This document shows, piece after piece, positions 19,942 to 29,485 of a stretch of DNA of 39,092 bases. The stretch's first letter is position 1, and every line of letters begins with the position of its first letter. Both the position numbers and the translations under genes were made by a program. Location: assembly GCA_003446735.1 (NCBI GenBank), contig DMCJ01000136.1:1-39092 (forward strand), written 5' to 3'. The DNA is from Lachnospiraceae bacterium. GTDB lineage: Bacteria; Bacillota; Clostridia; Lachnospirales; Lachnospiraceae. The notes beneath the pieces were generated by a model. The model did not search any database. It had not been told where the DNA came from and saw nothing but the letters and a program-made list of their open reading frames with translations.

Positions 19942-22881
19942 TTGGACCTTATAAAAAGAGTTAAAAATCACAAAACGCTTACAGTTATCGCCCTTATTCA
20001 CTGGGCGATATCTTTCGTGACGGATAGGATATTTTTTGACTATGTTTATTTTGACACCTCATCCGTTACCGGGATCGTTAAGAGCCTTATCACCTGGTCG
20101 GCAAAAGCAGTGTTCCTTGTTGTGCTCATAGCTTTATACCAGGGGGCCTATGCCTTTTTTAAGGAGGCGGATAAGGACTACAGGAAGTATGTGCTTATAT
20201 ATTTTATCTTTAATATCTTTATGCTCATCCTGACCTGGCCGGGCATATTCAGGATGGACGAATTCGGCGTGCTCTTTAGCGCATCCAAGCTTTTTCCGGT
20301 ATTCTGGCAGAACTATCTTACCAGCGTATTTTATATCCTGTCCCTTATGCTGATCCCGGTTCCTTCGGGCGTGATCATAATACAGATGCTTTGTATATCC
20401 CTGCTGGCCGGAGATATCGTAAGAATGTGTGTTAAACGCTTCGGGCTTTTGGGACTTATATCCTTCGTGCCCTTTTTCATGTTTCCGGTCCTTGACTCGA
20501 ACCTCTATCCCATGAGGATGAGCCTCTATGCGTTTATAGAGCTCTGGGTGCTTGCAAGACTGTTTTTTAAGGAAAAGACCTCTGCGTTTCTTCTGGGCTT
20601 TATGGCGGCCTTAGTAGCGGTCTGGAGGACCGAGGCTATATATTACTTCATCATCTTTCCGATTATATTTCTCTTTTTTGGAAAGCGATACATCGAAGAT
20701 AAAAACAGCGAAAATACAAAAAATGAAAATACAAAATGGGCTTCGGCATGTTTTAAACTTGTTACGGCCTTTTTGGTCATTGCGCTTCCGCTTTATCTTA
20801 TCCAGGCTGTCGGAGAGCGTATGACGAGCAGCAGGCAGTACGATCTTACAAGTGTGGTGCTTCCTCTGGTTCCTCTTGTAAATGCGGAATATGAAAATGT
20901 ATACGGCGCTACGGCTTTAGAGGATGAGATCGATCTTTCATCATCAGCCGAGCTTTCGGATATAGATAAGGTCGTCGGTATAGGTGATATAAGGAAAGCC
21001 TACGCCGAAGGTAAGAACGGCATCAACCTTTTCTGGGGCGGATTATATGCCGACACCGATTATACGGATGAAGAGTATTCGGCGTTTAAGAGTGCTTTCT
21101 ACAGGCTTGCATTAAGGTATCCCGGTGTCTTTTTATCCGAGCGCATGAACTGCTTTTTAAATTCCACCGAGCTTTTGCAGAATACGACCGAGATCTTTGA
21201 TGAGCTTGACGAGCCTGTTCAGAATTATGAAGATCTTAAAGCATGTTTCGGGACTTCCCCGATCCTTGGCGTCGGCATCAGAAAGTGCGTGATCAAGTTT
21301 ATTGAACTAAGGCGAATGAGCGATTATTTTGAAAAGAAAGCCGGATACGGATTTGTATACGGAGTCATTTTCCCTCTTGCCGTGCTTTTGTGCACCCTTG
21401 TTTATCTGCTCATTAAGAGGAAATGGTATCGGACGTTATTAAATGCTGCGGTTCTCTTAAGGGTCCCGCTTGTATTTTTGACCGCTCCCTCGAGTCTGTT
21501 TATGTACTATTATTCCGTTTACCTTGTCGGATGGTCGGTGTTCTTTTTTATCCTCATATCTACCGTCTCATCCCAGGATGAAAAGAGGGGCGGATATATA
21601 AATAAGACTCTTCTCTATGCAAAGAGGAACGGGATCGGACCTGCGATCGAAGAAATCAAAGAAAGATTTAATAAAACGGAGGCCGATGAGCTCACAAAAA
21701 GAGCTGCCGGGTATGTAGGAGATCGCGACTGGGGTGATCCTGAGAATAAAAACATCGATCTGACAACTAAAAAAGAAGCGGATAAATTAAATGACATGCC
21801 ATATTTAACTGTTGTGATCCCTGCATTTAAGCCGGATCCCGGTTTTTTTAAGGAACTACTTCAAAGTCTTGCAGACCAGATCTACGACAATTTCGAGATC
21901 GTGATATCTGACGGCGGAGCGGCTGAAGGAAATGGGCTGAAAAATACCATAAATGAGTTTTTGGAAGAGTCAGATGGTGGCAAAAAAATAAAATCAAGAT
22001 TAAACTATTTGCCTTTGGAGAGCAATAAGGGCATATCTGAGAACACAAACGCCGGGATCAGAGAAGCAAAAGGAGATTACATCACGCTGGTCGATCACGA
22101 TGATATTTTGACAAAAGATGCTCTTTTTGAAACGGCAAAAGAAATAGCGAAGTCAAAAAATAAACGGATTTTCGTTTACTCCGATGAAGACAAATGCAAC
22201 AGAGAAGGCACGAGTTTTTTTGAGCCGAACTTTAAACCGGACTTTGACAAAGAACTTTTACTGTCAAATAATTACATATGTCATTTATTAACTGTGCGAA
22301 GTGATGTTCTTAAGGAGGTCATGTTAAGAAGTGAATTTGACGGAGCACAGGATTACGATCTGGTACTCAGACTTACCGGGATCGCGGAGATGAAAAATCC
22401 GGATAACTGTGATACAATATCCCATATACCTTTTGTCCTTTATCACTGGAGGACTCATGAAGGATCCACGGCAGCAAATACAGCCAGCAAGACATATGCA
22501 TATGAGGCAGGTCTTAATGCGCTTAAGGAATATTATATAAGAAAGGGCCTTTCGGATAAGGTCAGAGTAAGTCATTCAAGGCATCTCGGTTTTTATGATA
22601 CCGAATATCTGCCGGATATATTTTCCGTAAGAAAAGATGTCGGAGGTATCGCGGGGCGCGTCATAAAAGATAAAAAGGTAACGGGCGGACCCAAAAGGTT
22701 TGTCGGCATGGATGAGAATGCCGGCGGCTATCTTCACAGAGCGAGATTTTATTCTGAAGTTACTTTGGACGATGTCGATGAGAGGGCATTAAAGCTTCGG
22801 GATGATCTAAAGGATTTAAGCGAACTTAAAGAAAAGGGATTAAAGATCATCTATGATCCCGGTTTCAAGGTATATGAATAG
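19942..22881 (+). CDS. Fusion of a polytopic membrane protein (GT-C-like) and a C-terminal GT2 glycosyltransferase
   Basis: TTG start after AAGGAG; ~540 aa with many TM helices and LTWPGIFRMDE; then VVIPAF, GISENTN, LVDHDD, YSDEDK, FDGAQDYD and LYHWR motifs. Confidence 0.8.
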   Translation: MDLIKRVKNHKTLTVIALIHWAISFVTDRIFFDYVYFDTSSVTGIVKSLITWSAKAVFLVVLIALYQGAYAFFKEADKDYRKYVLIYFIFNIFMLILTWPGIFRMDEFGVLFSASKLFPVFWQNYLTSVFYILSLMLIPVPSGVIIIQMLCISLLAGDIVRMCVKRFGLLGLISFVPFFMFPVLDSNLYPMRMSLYAFIELWVLARLFFKEKTSAFLLGFMAALVAVWRTEAIYYFIIFPIIFLFFGKRYIEDKNSENTKNENTKWASACFKLVTAFLVIALPLYLIQAVGERMTSSRQYDLTSVVLPLVPLVNAEYENVYGATALEDEIDLSSSAELSDIDKVVGIGDIRKAYAEGKNGINLFWGGLYADTDYTDEEYSAFKSAFYRLALRYPGVFLSERMNCFLNSTELLQNTTEIFDELDEPVQNYEDLKACFGTSPILGVGIRKCVIKFIELRRMSDYFEKKAGYGFVYGVIFPLAVLLCTLVYLLIKRKWYRTLLNAAVLLRVPLVFLTAPSSLFMYYYSVYLVGWSVFFFILISTVSSQDEKRGGYINKTLLYAKRNGIGPAIEEIKERFNKTEADELTKRAAGYVGDRDWGDPENKNIDLTTKKEADKLNDMPYLTVVIPAFKPDPGFFKELLQSLADQIYDNFEIVISDGGAAEGNGLKNTINEFLEESDGGKKIKSRLNYLPLESNKGISENTNAGIREAKGDYITLVDHDDILTKDALFETAKEIAKSKNKRIFVYSDEDKCNREGTSFFEPNFKPDFDKELLLSNNYICHLLTVRSDVLKEVMLRSEFDGAQDYDLVLRLTGIAEMKNPDNCDTISHIPFVLYHWRTHEGSTAANTASKTYAYEAGLNALKEYYIRKGLSDKVRVSHSRHLGFYDTEYLPDIFSVRKDVGGIAGRVIKDKKVTGGPKRFVGMDENAGGYLHRARFYSEVTLDDVDERALKLRDDLKDLSELKEKGLKIIYDPGFKVYE

Positions 22882-22908
22882 AATATAATTGAGCAGTATA
22901 TAACAGAA

Positions 22909-23901
22909 ATGGCAGATCCCGGATTTAAGACAACGGTCATAGTACCGAACTATAACGGAATAGACTATTTAAGGAAGTGCATCGAATCCCTTAACAGGGC
23001 CAGAGAGACGCACTATTTTGCCGTGCTTGTCGTAGATAACGGATCCGATGACGGAAGCCTTGAGCTTGCGAGGTACTTTGAGCAGGAAGGAGCATGCAAG
23101 GTTTTATCCTTTCCCGAGAACAGGGGTTTTTCCGCCGCGGTAAATGCCGGCGTTGACATGATCCTTACCGAATATGCCCTTCTTTTAAATAATGATACTG
23201 TAATAAAGAAAGATTTCGTATATGAGCTCGAGAAGTTCATGGATGAGCATCCCGATGCCTTTTCCGTGACCTCGAAGATGATAACCATGTTCGATCCGGA
23301 TGTTCTGGACGGGACCGGAGATTTTTATACGGCCTTAGGATATGCGATCGCCAGGGGAAAAGGAAAGAGCACGGAGCTTTACGAAGAGGATGATGAAGTA
23401 TTCTCGGCGTGTGCTGGTGCGGCGATCTACAGAAAAGGCCTGATCCGGAGCCTGGGTGGATTTGATGAGAACCACTTCTGCTATATGGAAGATGTGGATA
23501 TAGGATACAGGGCTCTTATAAACGGATATAAAAATTACTACTGTCACAGCGCCGAGGTCTTTCATGCGGGAAGTGCGGCTTCGGGTTCGAGATATAATAA
23601 ATGGAAGGTTGAACTTGCCGCCCGTAATAACGTATATGTGGCATATAAGAACATGCCGCTTTTACAGTACCTTATAAATCTTCCGCTTCTTATCGCAGGC
23701 GTGATCATAAAACATATATTTTTCATCCGCAAGAAAATGGGCACGGCCTATATGACCGGAGTGATCAAAGGGATAGGTCTCTGTCTTTCGCGGGACGGAA
23801 GGATGAATAAGGTCAGGTTCAGGCTGTCCAATCTCGGAAATTACATTAAGATACAGCTCAAACTTTGGGGAAATATTACAAAGTTGTTAACGAAATATTA
23901 A
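22909..23901 (+). CDS. GT2 glycosyltransferase (rhamnosyltransferase-like)
   Basis: VIVPNYNG, VVDNGSDDGS, LLNNDT and GGFDE..FCYMEDVD motifs. Confidence 0.9.
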   Translation: MADPGFKTTVIVPNYNGIDYLRKCIESLNRARETHYFAVLVVDNGSDDGSLELARYFEQEGACKVLSFPENRGFSAAVNAGVDMILTEYALLLNNDTVIKKDFVYELEKFMDEHPDAFSVTSKMITMFDPDVLDGTGDFYTALGYAIARGKGKSTELYEEDDEVFSACAGAAIYRKGLIRSLGGFDENHFCYMEDVDIGYRALINGYKNYYCHSAEVFHAGSAASGSRYNKWKVELAARNNVYVAYKNMPLLQYLINLPLLIAGVIIKHIFFIRKKMGTAYMTGVIKGIGLCLSRDGRMNKVRFRLSNLGNYIKIQLKLWGNITKLLTKY

Positions 23902-23919
23902 GAAATGATGAGATAAGCC

Positions 23920-23948
23920 TTGTGCTTTTTTTCCAAATAGGGTAAAAT
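23920..23948 (+). promoter_or_regulatory. Internal promoter for the priming transferase-LCP pair
   Basis: TTGTGC-N17-TAAAAT in the 78-bp intergenic gap. Confidence 0.5.
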
Positions 23949-23979
23949 AAACTTCGTATGCAGAAGCAGGTGCTATACC

Positions 23980-25389
23980 TTGATAAAAGATAACCAGAAA
24001 TACTTCAACAGACTGCATGTGCTCATAGATGCCTTGGTCATAGGTTTATCTTACACGGCAGCCTGGGCAATAAGATTTTACAGCGGACTCTTTGAGGACG
24101 AGGGGCTGGTATTCCGATTAAGCGATACGATATACCTTTCCGTGTTATTGTTTGTCGTACCGGGATATCTTTTATTAAACTACATCTTTAATCTTTACAC
24201 TCCCAAAAGGCAGTCAAGTGCACGCAGGGATATCGTAAATGTCTTTAAAGCAAATGTAGTTGGTCTCGTTCTTTTTGTTGCGATACTTTATGTGATCGAT
24301 CAGAAGCTTTTTTCCAGATCGATGCTCTTTATCTTTGCCGCGATCAATACGATCGGACAGAGCGCAACAAGGATATTCATAAGAAAGATACTCCGTGCGC
24401 TCAGGAAAAAAGGATACAATATAAAGTACGTCCTTCTGGTAGGATATTCCAGAGCGGCAGAAGTATATATAGACAGGATAATGGAGAATCCTCAGTGGGG
24501 CTATTATGTAAGGGGTATCCTTGATGACCACATCCCCAGGGGAACCCAGTACAGAGGAATAAAGGTGATCGGTTCCATAGAAAACCTCGCCTATATCCTC
24601 CCCGAAAACAAGCTTGACGAGATAGCCGTCACATTAAGTCTTAAGGATTATGACAGGCTCGAAGAGCTTGTCGGGAAATGCGAGAAGTCCGGAGTGCATA
24701 CCAAGTTCATCCCGGATTATAACAGCATCATTCCCTCCAAGCCTTACATGGAAGACTTAGACGGTCTTCCGGTAATCAATATAAGACACGTTCCTCTTAC
24801 AAATACGCTTAACAGCTTTATCAAGAGGATAATGGATATAACAGGATCTCTGATCGCCATTATACTGTTCTCACCGCTGTTTCTGGTGATACCCGTTATC
24901 ATCAAGCTTACGAGCAAGGGGCCGGTGATATTCAAACAGGAGCGAGTCGGTCTTCATAACAAGCCTTTTCAGATGTACAAATTCCGTACGATGAAAATGC
25001 AGACCCAGCAGAGCGAAGATGAGACCTGGACTAAAAAAGGTGATCCCAGGGTCACGGGCATAGGAAGATTTTTAAGAAAGACAAGTTTGGATGAGATCCC
25101 GCAGTTTTTCAATGTACTTAAAGGCGATATGTCTCTTGTGGGACCGAGGCCCGAAAGACCGCACTTTGTGGATATATTCAAAGAACAGATCCCCCGCTAT
25201 ATGATTAAGCACCAGGTTCGTCCCGGTATAACAGGATGGGCTCAGGTCAAGGGCTACAGGGGAGATACCTCGATAAAGATGAGGATACAGTACGATGTAT
25301 ATTACATCGAAAACTGGACTCCCGGCTTTGATATCAAGATACTGTTCTTAACGATATTCAGGGGATTCATCAATAAAAACGCAATTTAG
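23980..25389 (+). CDS. Undecaprenyl-phosphate glucose phosphotransferase (WcaJ/CpsE-type priming transferase)
   Basis: 4 N-terminal TM helices; KRIMDI, FKQERVG, YKFRTM, DPRVT, SLDEIPQ, VGPRPE and RPGITGWAQV motifs; TTG start. Confidence 0.93.
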   Translation: MIKDNQKYFNRLHVLIDALVIGLSYTAAWAIRFYSGLFEDEGLVFRLSDTIYLSVLLFVVPGYLLLNYIFNLYTPKRQSSARRDIVNVFKANVVGLVLFVAILYVIDQKLFSRSMLFIFAAINTIGQSATRIFIRKILRALRKKGYNIKYVLLVGYSRAAEVYIDRIMENPQWGYYVRGILDDHIPRGTQYRGIKVIGSIENLAYILPENKLDEIAVTLSLKDYDRLEELVGKCEKSGVHTKFIPDYNSIIPSKPYMEDLDGLPVINIRHVPLTNTLNSFIKRIMDITGSLIAIILFSPLFLVIPVIIKLTSKGPVIFKQERVGLHNKPFQMYKFRTMKMQTQQSEDETWTKKGDPRVTGIGRFLRKTSLDEIPQFFNVLKGDMSLVGPRPERPHFVDIFKEQIPRYMIKHQVRPGITGWAQVKGYRGDTSIKMRIQYDVYYIENWTPGFDIKILFLTIFRGFINKNAI

Positions 25390-25409
25390 ATTTACGGAAG
25401 GATATAATA

Positions 25410-26612
25410 ATGGCAACACAGCAGAATAGGAAGAGAGCAAATAAAGCTGACCGCGCCCGCAGGAGACGCAAAAAAGCGATAATACTCGTGGTCGAAGCCG
25501 TAGTTGTTGTAGTGCTCATAGTGGCGCTTTACCTTGTCACAAAGCTTGACCCTATCCATAAGGACGTTATCGATGCGGATGAGATAGTCATAAATACGAT
25601 CCCGGAGGAGGAAGCCGAGGAGTTCATGGTGGATGTCGAAGACGTCAAGATGAACGGCGAGCTCCATGGTATGGAAGGATACAGGAACATCGCTCTTTTC
25701 GGTGTGGATGCCAGAAACGAGAACTTAGGTAAGGGTGTACGAAGCGATACCATTATCGTAGCTTCGATAAATGAGCAGACAAAGCAGGTTAAGCTCTGTT
25801 CCGTTTACCGTGATACTTATCTTAACCTCGGAACGGATCAGTACAGTAAGGCGACCGAGGCATATGCACACGGCGGCCCGAAGCAGGCGATCAACATGCT
25901 CAACATGAACCTCGACTTAAACATCACCGACTACGTTACCGTAGGCTGGTCTGCAGTTGCGGATACCGTAGATGCTCTCGGAGGTGTTGAGATAGATGTA
26001 GACAGCGAAGAATTAAAGCATCTTAACAATTATCAGGTTGAGACTTCTTCCTCGCTCGGCAGAAAATATGTTAAATTAAATCAGACGGGTCTTGTCAATC
26101 TTGACGGTATTCAGGCCGTTTCCTACTGCCGTATCCGTTATACAAAGGGAGATGACTTTAAGAGAGCGGAGAGACAGCGTGAGGTCATCCAGGCGCTCGC
26201 CGATAAGGCAAAGAAGGCCAATCCCGCCGATCTTGACAAGATAGCAAATAAGGTATTCCCTCAGACGGCTACAAGCTTTACTCTTTCGGAGATACTCGAT
26301 CTCCTTAAGGATGTGGCTTCATATGAGATAGTGGAGACTTCAGGTTTCCCCGTAGCCCAGTATCGTACGACAGGTATTGTTAAGGGACACGGCGACTGCG
26401 TTATCCCCGCCGATCTTGAGACAAATGTAATAATACTTCACAGATTTTTATTCAACAACGATGACTATGTGGTAAGCGGTCCCGTAGCTTCTTATGGCGA
26501 TAAGATAAGATCCGATACAGGTACTTCAAAAGTGACCGAAGTCCCGGCGTTCTCTATTGATACCGGAGACGAGGATACGCCGACAGTCGGCGAATCGGCC
26601 ACCGGAGAATAA
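25410..26612 (+). CDS. LCP (LytR-CpsA-Psr) polymer-peptidoglycan ligase
   Basis: Basic N-terminus plus TM helix; NIALFGVD, RSDTII, SVYRDT, VDALGGV and RIRY...DFKRAERQR motifs. Confidence 0.93.
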   Translation: MATQQNRKRANKADRARRRRKKAIILVVEAVVVVVLIVALYLVTKLDPIHKDVIDADEIVINTIPEEEAEEFMVDVEDVKMNGELHGMEGYRNIALFGVDARNENLGKGVRSDTIIVASINEQTKQVKLCSVYRDTYLNLGTDQYSKATEAYAHGGPKQAINMLNMNLDLNITDYVTVGWSAVADTVDALGGVEIDVDSEELKHLNNYQVETSSSLGRKYVKLNQTGLVNLDGIQAVSYCRIRYTKGDDFKRAERQREVIQALADKAKKANPADLDKIANKVFPQTATSFTLSEILDLLKDVASYEIVETSGFPVAQYRTTGIVKGHGDCVIPADLETNVIILHRFLFNNDDYVVSGPVASYGDKIRSDTGTSKVTEVPAFSIDTGDEDTPTVGESATGE

Positions 26613-26651
26613 CGTATATAAACATCATATAAACAATGCTAAAGGAATCAT

Positions 26652-26679
26652 AAAGAGGGTTACAAAAGCCCTCTTTTTT
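26652..26679 (+). terminator. Rho-independent terminator after the LCP gene
   Basis: AAAGAGGGT-tacaaaa-GCCCTCTTT running into a T tract. Confidence 0.7.
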
Positions 26680-26687
26680 GATATAAT
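26679..26687 (+). promoter_or_regulatory. Extended -10 promoter 6 nt before ATG 26694 (leaderless)
   Basis: TGaTATAAT-agggct-ATG with no Shine-Dalgarno sequence. Confidence 0.6.
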
Positions 26688-26693
26688 AGGGCT

Positions 26694-27632
26694 ATGGTCT
26701 GCGTAGTTATAACAACCTATAAACCTGATAAGCGATTTCTTAAGATCCTTTCCGGTTTAAAGCATCAGAGTATTGTTCCCGATCGCGTGCTCATAATCAA
26801 TACGGAGGAAGCATCCTTTACGGAGGCTTTTACCCTTGATGATGTGCAAAAAGCATTTCCCGGAGTTGAGATCGTTCATATAGGTCTTAATGAATTTGAT
26901 CACGGAGGCACGAGGAATTTAGGAGCGTCTCTTACAAAAGACGCCGATCATACTATATTTATGACCCAGGATGCCATCCCGGCTGACGGGGATCTTGTGG
27001 AAAATCTGCTTAAGCCGTTTGAGGATGATGGGATAGCGGTATCTTACGCGAGACAGCTGCCTTCTAAGGATGCATCCCCGGCCGAAAGATACACGAGGAA
27101 TTTTAACTATCCGCCCGAAGGCAGGATAAAGACAAAAGATGACATAGAAACATCCGGCATAAAGGCTTTCTTTTGTTCCGATGTCTGTGCTGCATATGAC
27201 AACAGGAAATTTGAAAAGCTTGGAGGATTTCCGAAAAGGGCCATATTTAACGAGGATATGGTCTACGCCAAAAAGGCGCTTATGGCGGGATATAAGATAT
27301 GTTATGCATCAGGCGCAAAGGTAGTTCATTCCCATGATTACAGCGCTTTGCAGCAGTTTAAGAGGAATTTTGACATAGGGGTTTCCCATGTGATGGAAGA
27401 GGAGACCTTCGGCGGTATAAGATCAGAGGGCGAGGGCATAAAGCTCGTAAAGGAAACGGCGCTTTACCTTGTAAAGAGCGGTCATATATTATCCGTTCCA
27501 AGGCTTTTTGTATTAAGCGCGGCAAAATATGCCGGATATCTTTTGGGCAGGAGATATAAGAGACTTAATAAAAAGACAATAGAGAAATTTACATCAAACA
27601 AGAGATTTTGGATAAATAACGGAGGTTTTTAA
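26694..27632 (+). CDS. GT2 rhamnosyltransferase
   Basis: FDHGGTRN, FMTQDAIP, SYARQLP, FCSDVCAAY, FNEDM and VVHSHDY motifs. Confidence 0.88.
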   Translation: MVCVVITTYKPDKRFLKILSGLKHQSIVPDRVLIINTEEASFTEAFTLDDVQKAFPGVEIVHIGLNEFDHGGTRNLGASLTKDADHTIFMTQDAIPADGDLVENLLKPFEDDGIAVSYARQLPSKDASPAERYTRNFNYPPEGRIKTKDDIETSGIKAFFCSDVCAAYDNRKFEKLGGFPKRAIFNEDMVYAKKALMAGYKICYASGAKVVHSHDYSALQQFKRNFDIGVSHVMEEETFGGIRSEGEGIKLVKETALYLVKSGHILSVPRLFVLSAAKYAGYLLGRRYKRLNKKTIEKFTSNKRFWINNGGF

Positions 27633-29459
27633 ATGTGTGGTATAGTCGGTTATATCGGTAGTAAACAGGCAGCTCCCGTGATATTAAACGGTCTGGAAAG
27701 GCTTGAATACAGGGGATATGATTCCGCGGGAATGGCAGTTTACGACAACGGAGCCATCAATGTGGTTAAGGCCAAAGGAAAACTGCGTGTACTTGAAGAG
27801 CTTACTCACGGCGGAGATACCGTGACCGGTACTTTAGGTATAGGCCATACCAGATGGGCCACTCACGGCAAGCCCAATGAGGTAAATGCCCATCCCCATT
27901 GCAATGCCGATAAGAGCATAGCCGTGGTACACAACGGTATCATAGAGAATTTCGCCAAATTAAAAGAAAGACTCATAAAGAACGGATATGAATTCATTTC
28001 CGATACCGATACGGAAGTAGTTGCCAATCTCCTTGATCATTATTACAAAGGAGATCCTTTAGAGGCTCTTACCAAGGTCCTTCACCGTATCGAGGGGTCC
28101 TACGCTCTCGGTGTCATATTTTCGGATAAGCCCGATAAGCTCTATGCAGCAAGGAAGGGCTCGCCTCTTATAGTCGGTATAGGAAAGGGTGAGAATTATA
28201 TCGCATCCGATGTTCCCGCCATCCTTAAATATACAAGGAGCGTGGTATATCTTGATGACCGTGAGATCGCATGTCTCTCGGCAGACGATGCAAAATTCTA
28301 TACCGTAGACGAGGATGAGCTTGAAAAAGAAGTAAAGACTATAGAGTGGGATGCGGATGTAGCCGAAAAAGGCGGTTACGACCATTTCATGTTAAAGGAG
28401 ATGCATGAGCAGCCCCAGACCGTTATAGATACCTTAAAAGGGCATATCAAGGGAAACGACATCATACTTGATGAGTTAAATATGACGGACGAGGAGCTTA
28501 AGGCGCTATCTAAGATCTATATCGTGGCCTGCGGTTCCGCTTACCATGTAGGCGTTACCGGAAAATATATATTCGAAGGGCTCGACAGGGTATCCGTGGA
28601 AGTGGATCTGGCTTCCGAGTTCAGATACAGAAATCCGATAATGGATGAAGGCGCCCTTGTCATCGTTATCAGCCAGTCGGGTGAGACTGCCGATTCCCTC
28701 GAAGCCTTAAGAGAGGCAAAGAGCCGCGGATTTAAAGTGCTTGCCATAGTAAACGTTGAGGGAAGTTCGATAGCAAGAGAGGCTGATTCGGTAATTCTTA
28801 CAAAGGCAGGTCCCGAGATCGGAGTAGCTACGACAAAGGCATATACGGGACAGCTCATTGCGATCTATCTTCTTGCCGCAAAGCTTGCCATACTAAAGGG
28901 AAGTGTTGAAAGAAGCAGGATAGATTCGTTCATCGAGGATCTTAAGAGACTCCCCGACCAGATCGAGCTTCTTATGTCCAACAAGCAGAATATCCAGCGC
29001 TTTGCCAACAGATATATAGGCGCCCAGGACGTATATTTCATAGGAAGAGGTATCGATTATGCGATCTCTTTGGAGGGCTCGCTTAAATTAAAAGAGATAT
29101 CCTATATCCATTCGGAGGCATATGCGGCGGGAGAATTAAAGCACGGTACCATTTCCCTTATCGAGGAAGGTACGCTTGTTGCTTCCGTTGCCACCCAGCC
29201 CGAGCTCTTTAAAAAGACCATGAGCAATATGGAAGAGGTCAAGAGCCGCGGAGCTTTTGTGCTCGCGGTAACGATAGAAGGTAATACAGATATAGAAAAT
29301 GAAGCGGATTACGTCATTTATATCCCCGAAACGGATCCCTATCTGACGAATTCCCTTGCGATCATACCGCTCCAGCTTTTTGCTTACTATGTTTCGATCG
29401 GAAAGGGTTATGATCCCGATAAGCCCAGGAACCTGGCTAAATCCGTCACGGTGGAATAA
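27633..29459 (+). CDS. glmS: Glutamine--fructose-6-phosphate aminotransferase
   Basis: MCGIVG, EYRGYDSAG, GHTRWATHG, SQSGETAD, GELKHG and PRNLAKSVTVE motifs. Confidence 0.98.
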   Translation: MCGIVGYIGSKQAAPVILNGLERLEYRGYDSAGMAVYDNGAINVVKAKGKLRVLEELTHGGDTVTGTLGIGHTRWATHGKPNEVNAHPHCNADKSIAVVHNGIIENFAKLKERLIKNGYEFISDTDTEVVANLLDHYYKGDPLEALTKVLHRIEGSYALGVIFSDKPDKLYAARKGSPLIVGIGKGENYIASDVPAILKYTRSVVYLDDREIACLSADDAKFYTVDEDELEKEVKTIEWDADVAEKGGYDHFMLKEMHEQPQTVIDTLKGHIKGNDIILDELNMTDEELKALSKIYIVACGSAYHVGVTGKYIFEGLDRVSVEVDLASEFRYRNPIMDEGALVIVISQSGETADSLEALREAKSRGFKVLAIVNVEGSSIAREADSVILTKAGPEIGVATTKAYTGQLIAIYLLAAKLAILKGSVERSRIDSFIEDLKRLPDQIELLMSNKQNIQRFANRYIGAQDVYFIGRGIDYAISLEGSLKLKEISYIHSEAYAAGELKHGTISLIEEGTLVASVATQPELFKKTMSNMEEVKSRGAFVLAVTIEGNTDIENEADYVIYIPETDPYLTNSLAIIPLQLFAYYVSIGKGYDPDKPRNLAKSVTVE

Positions 29460-29485
29460 ACACTAAGGACGAACAGGAGGAAAAG

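Noticed and set aside
20710..20736. GAAAATACAAAA repeated with a 15-bp period (ENTKN-ENTKW)
   Set aside because: In-frame two-copy micro-duplication in a loop; no evidence of a phase-variable tract.
27560..27633. glmS ribozyme upstream of glmS
   Set aside because: glmS starts immediately after the upstream stop codon, leaving no intergenic room, and no consensus is seen.
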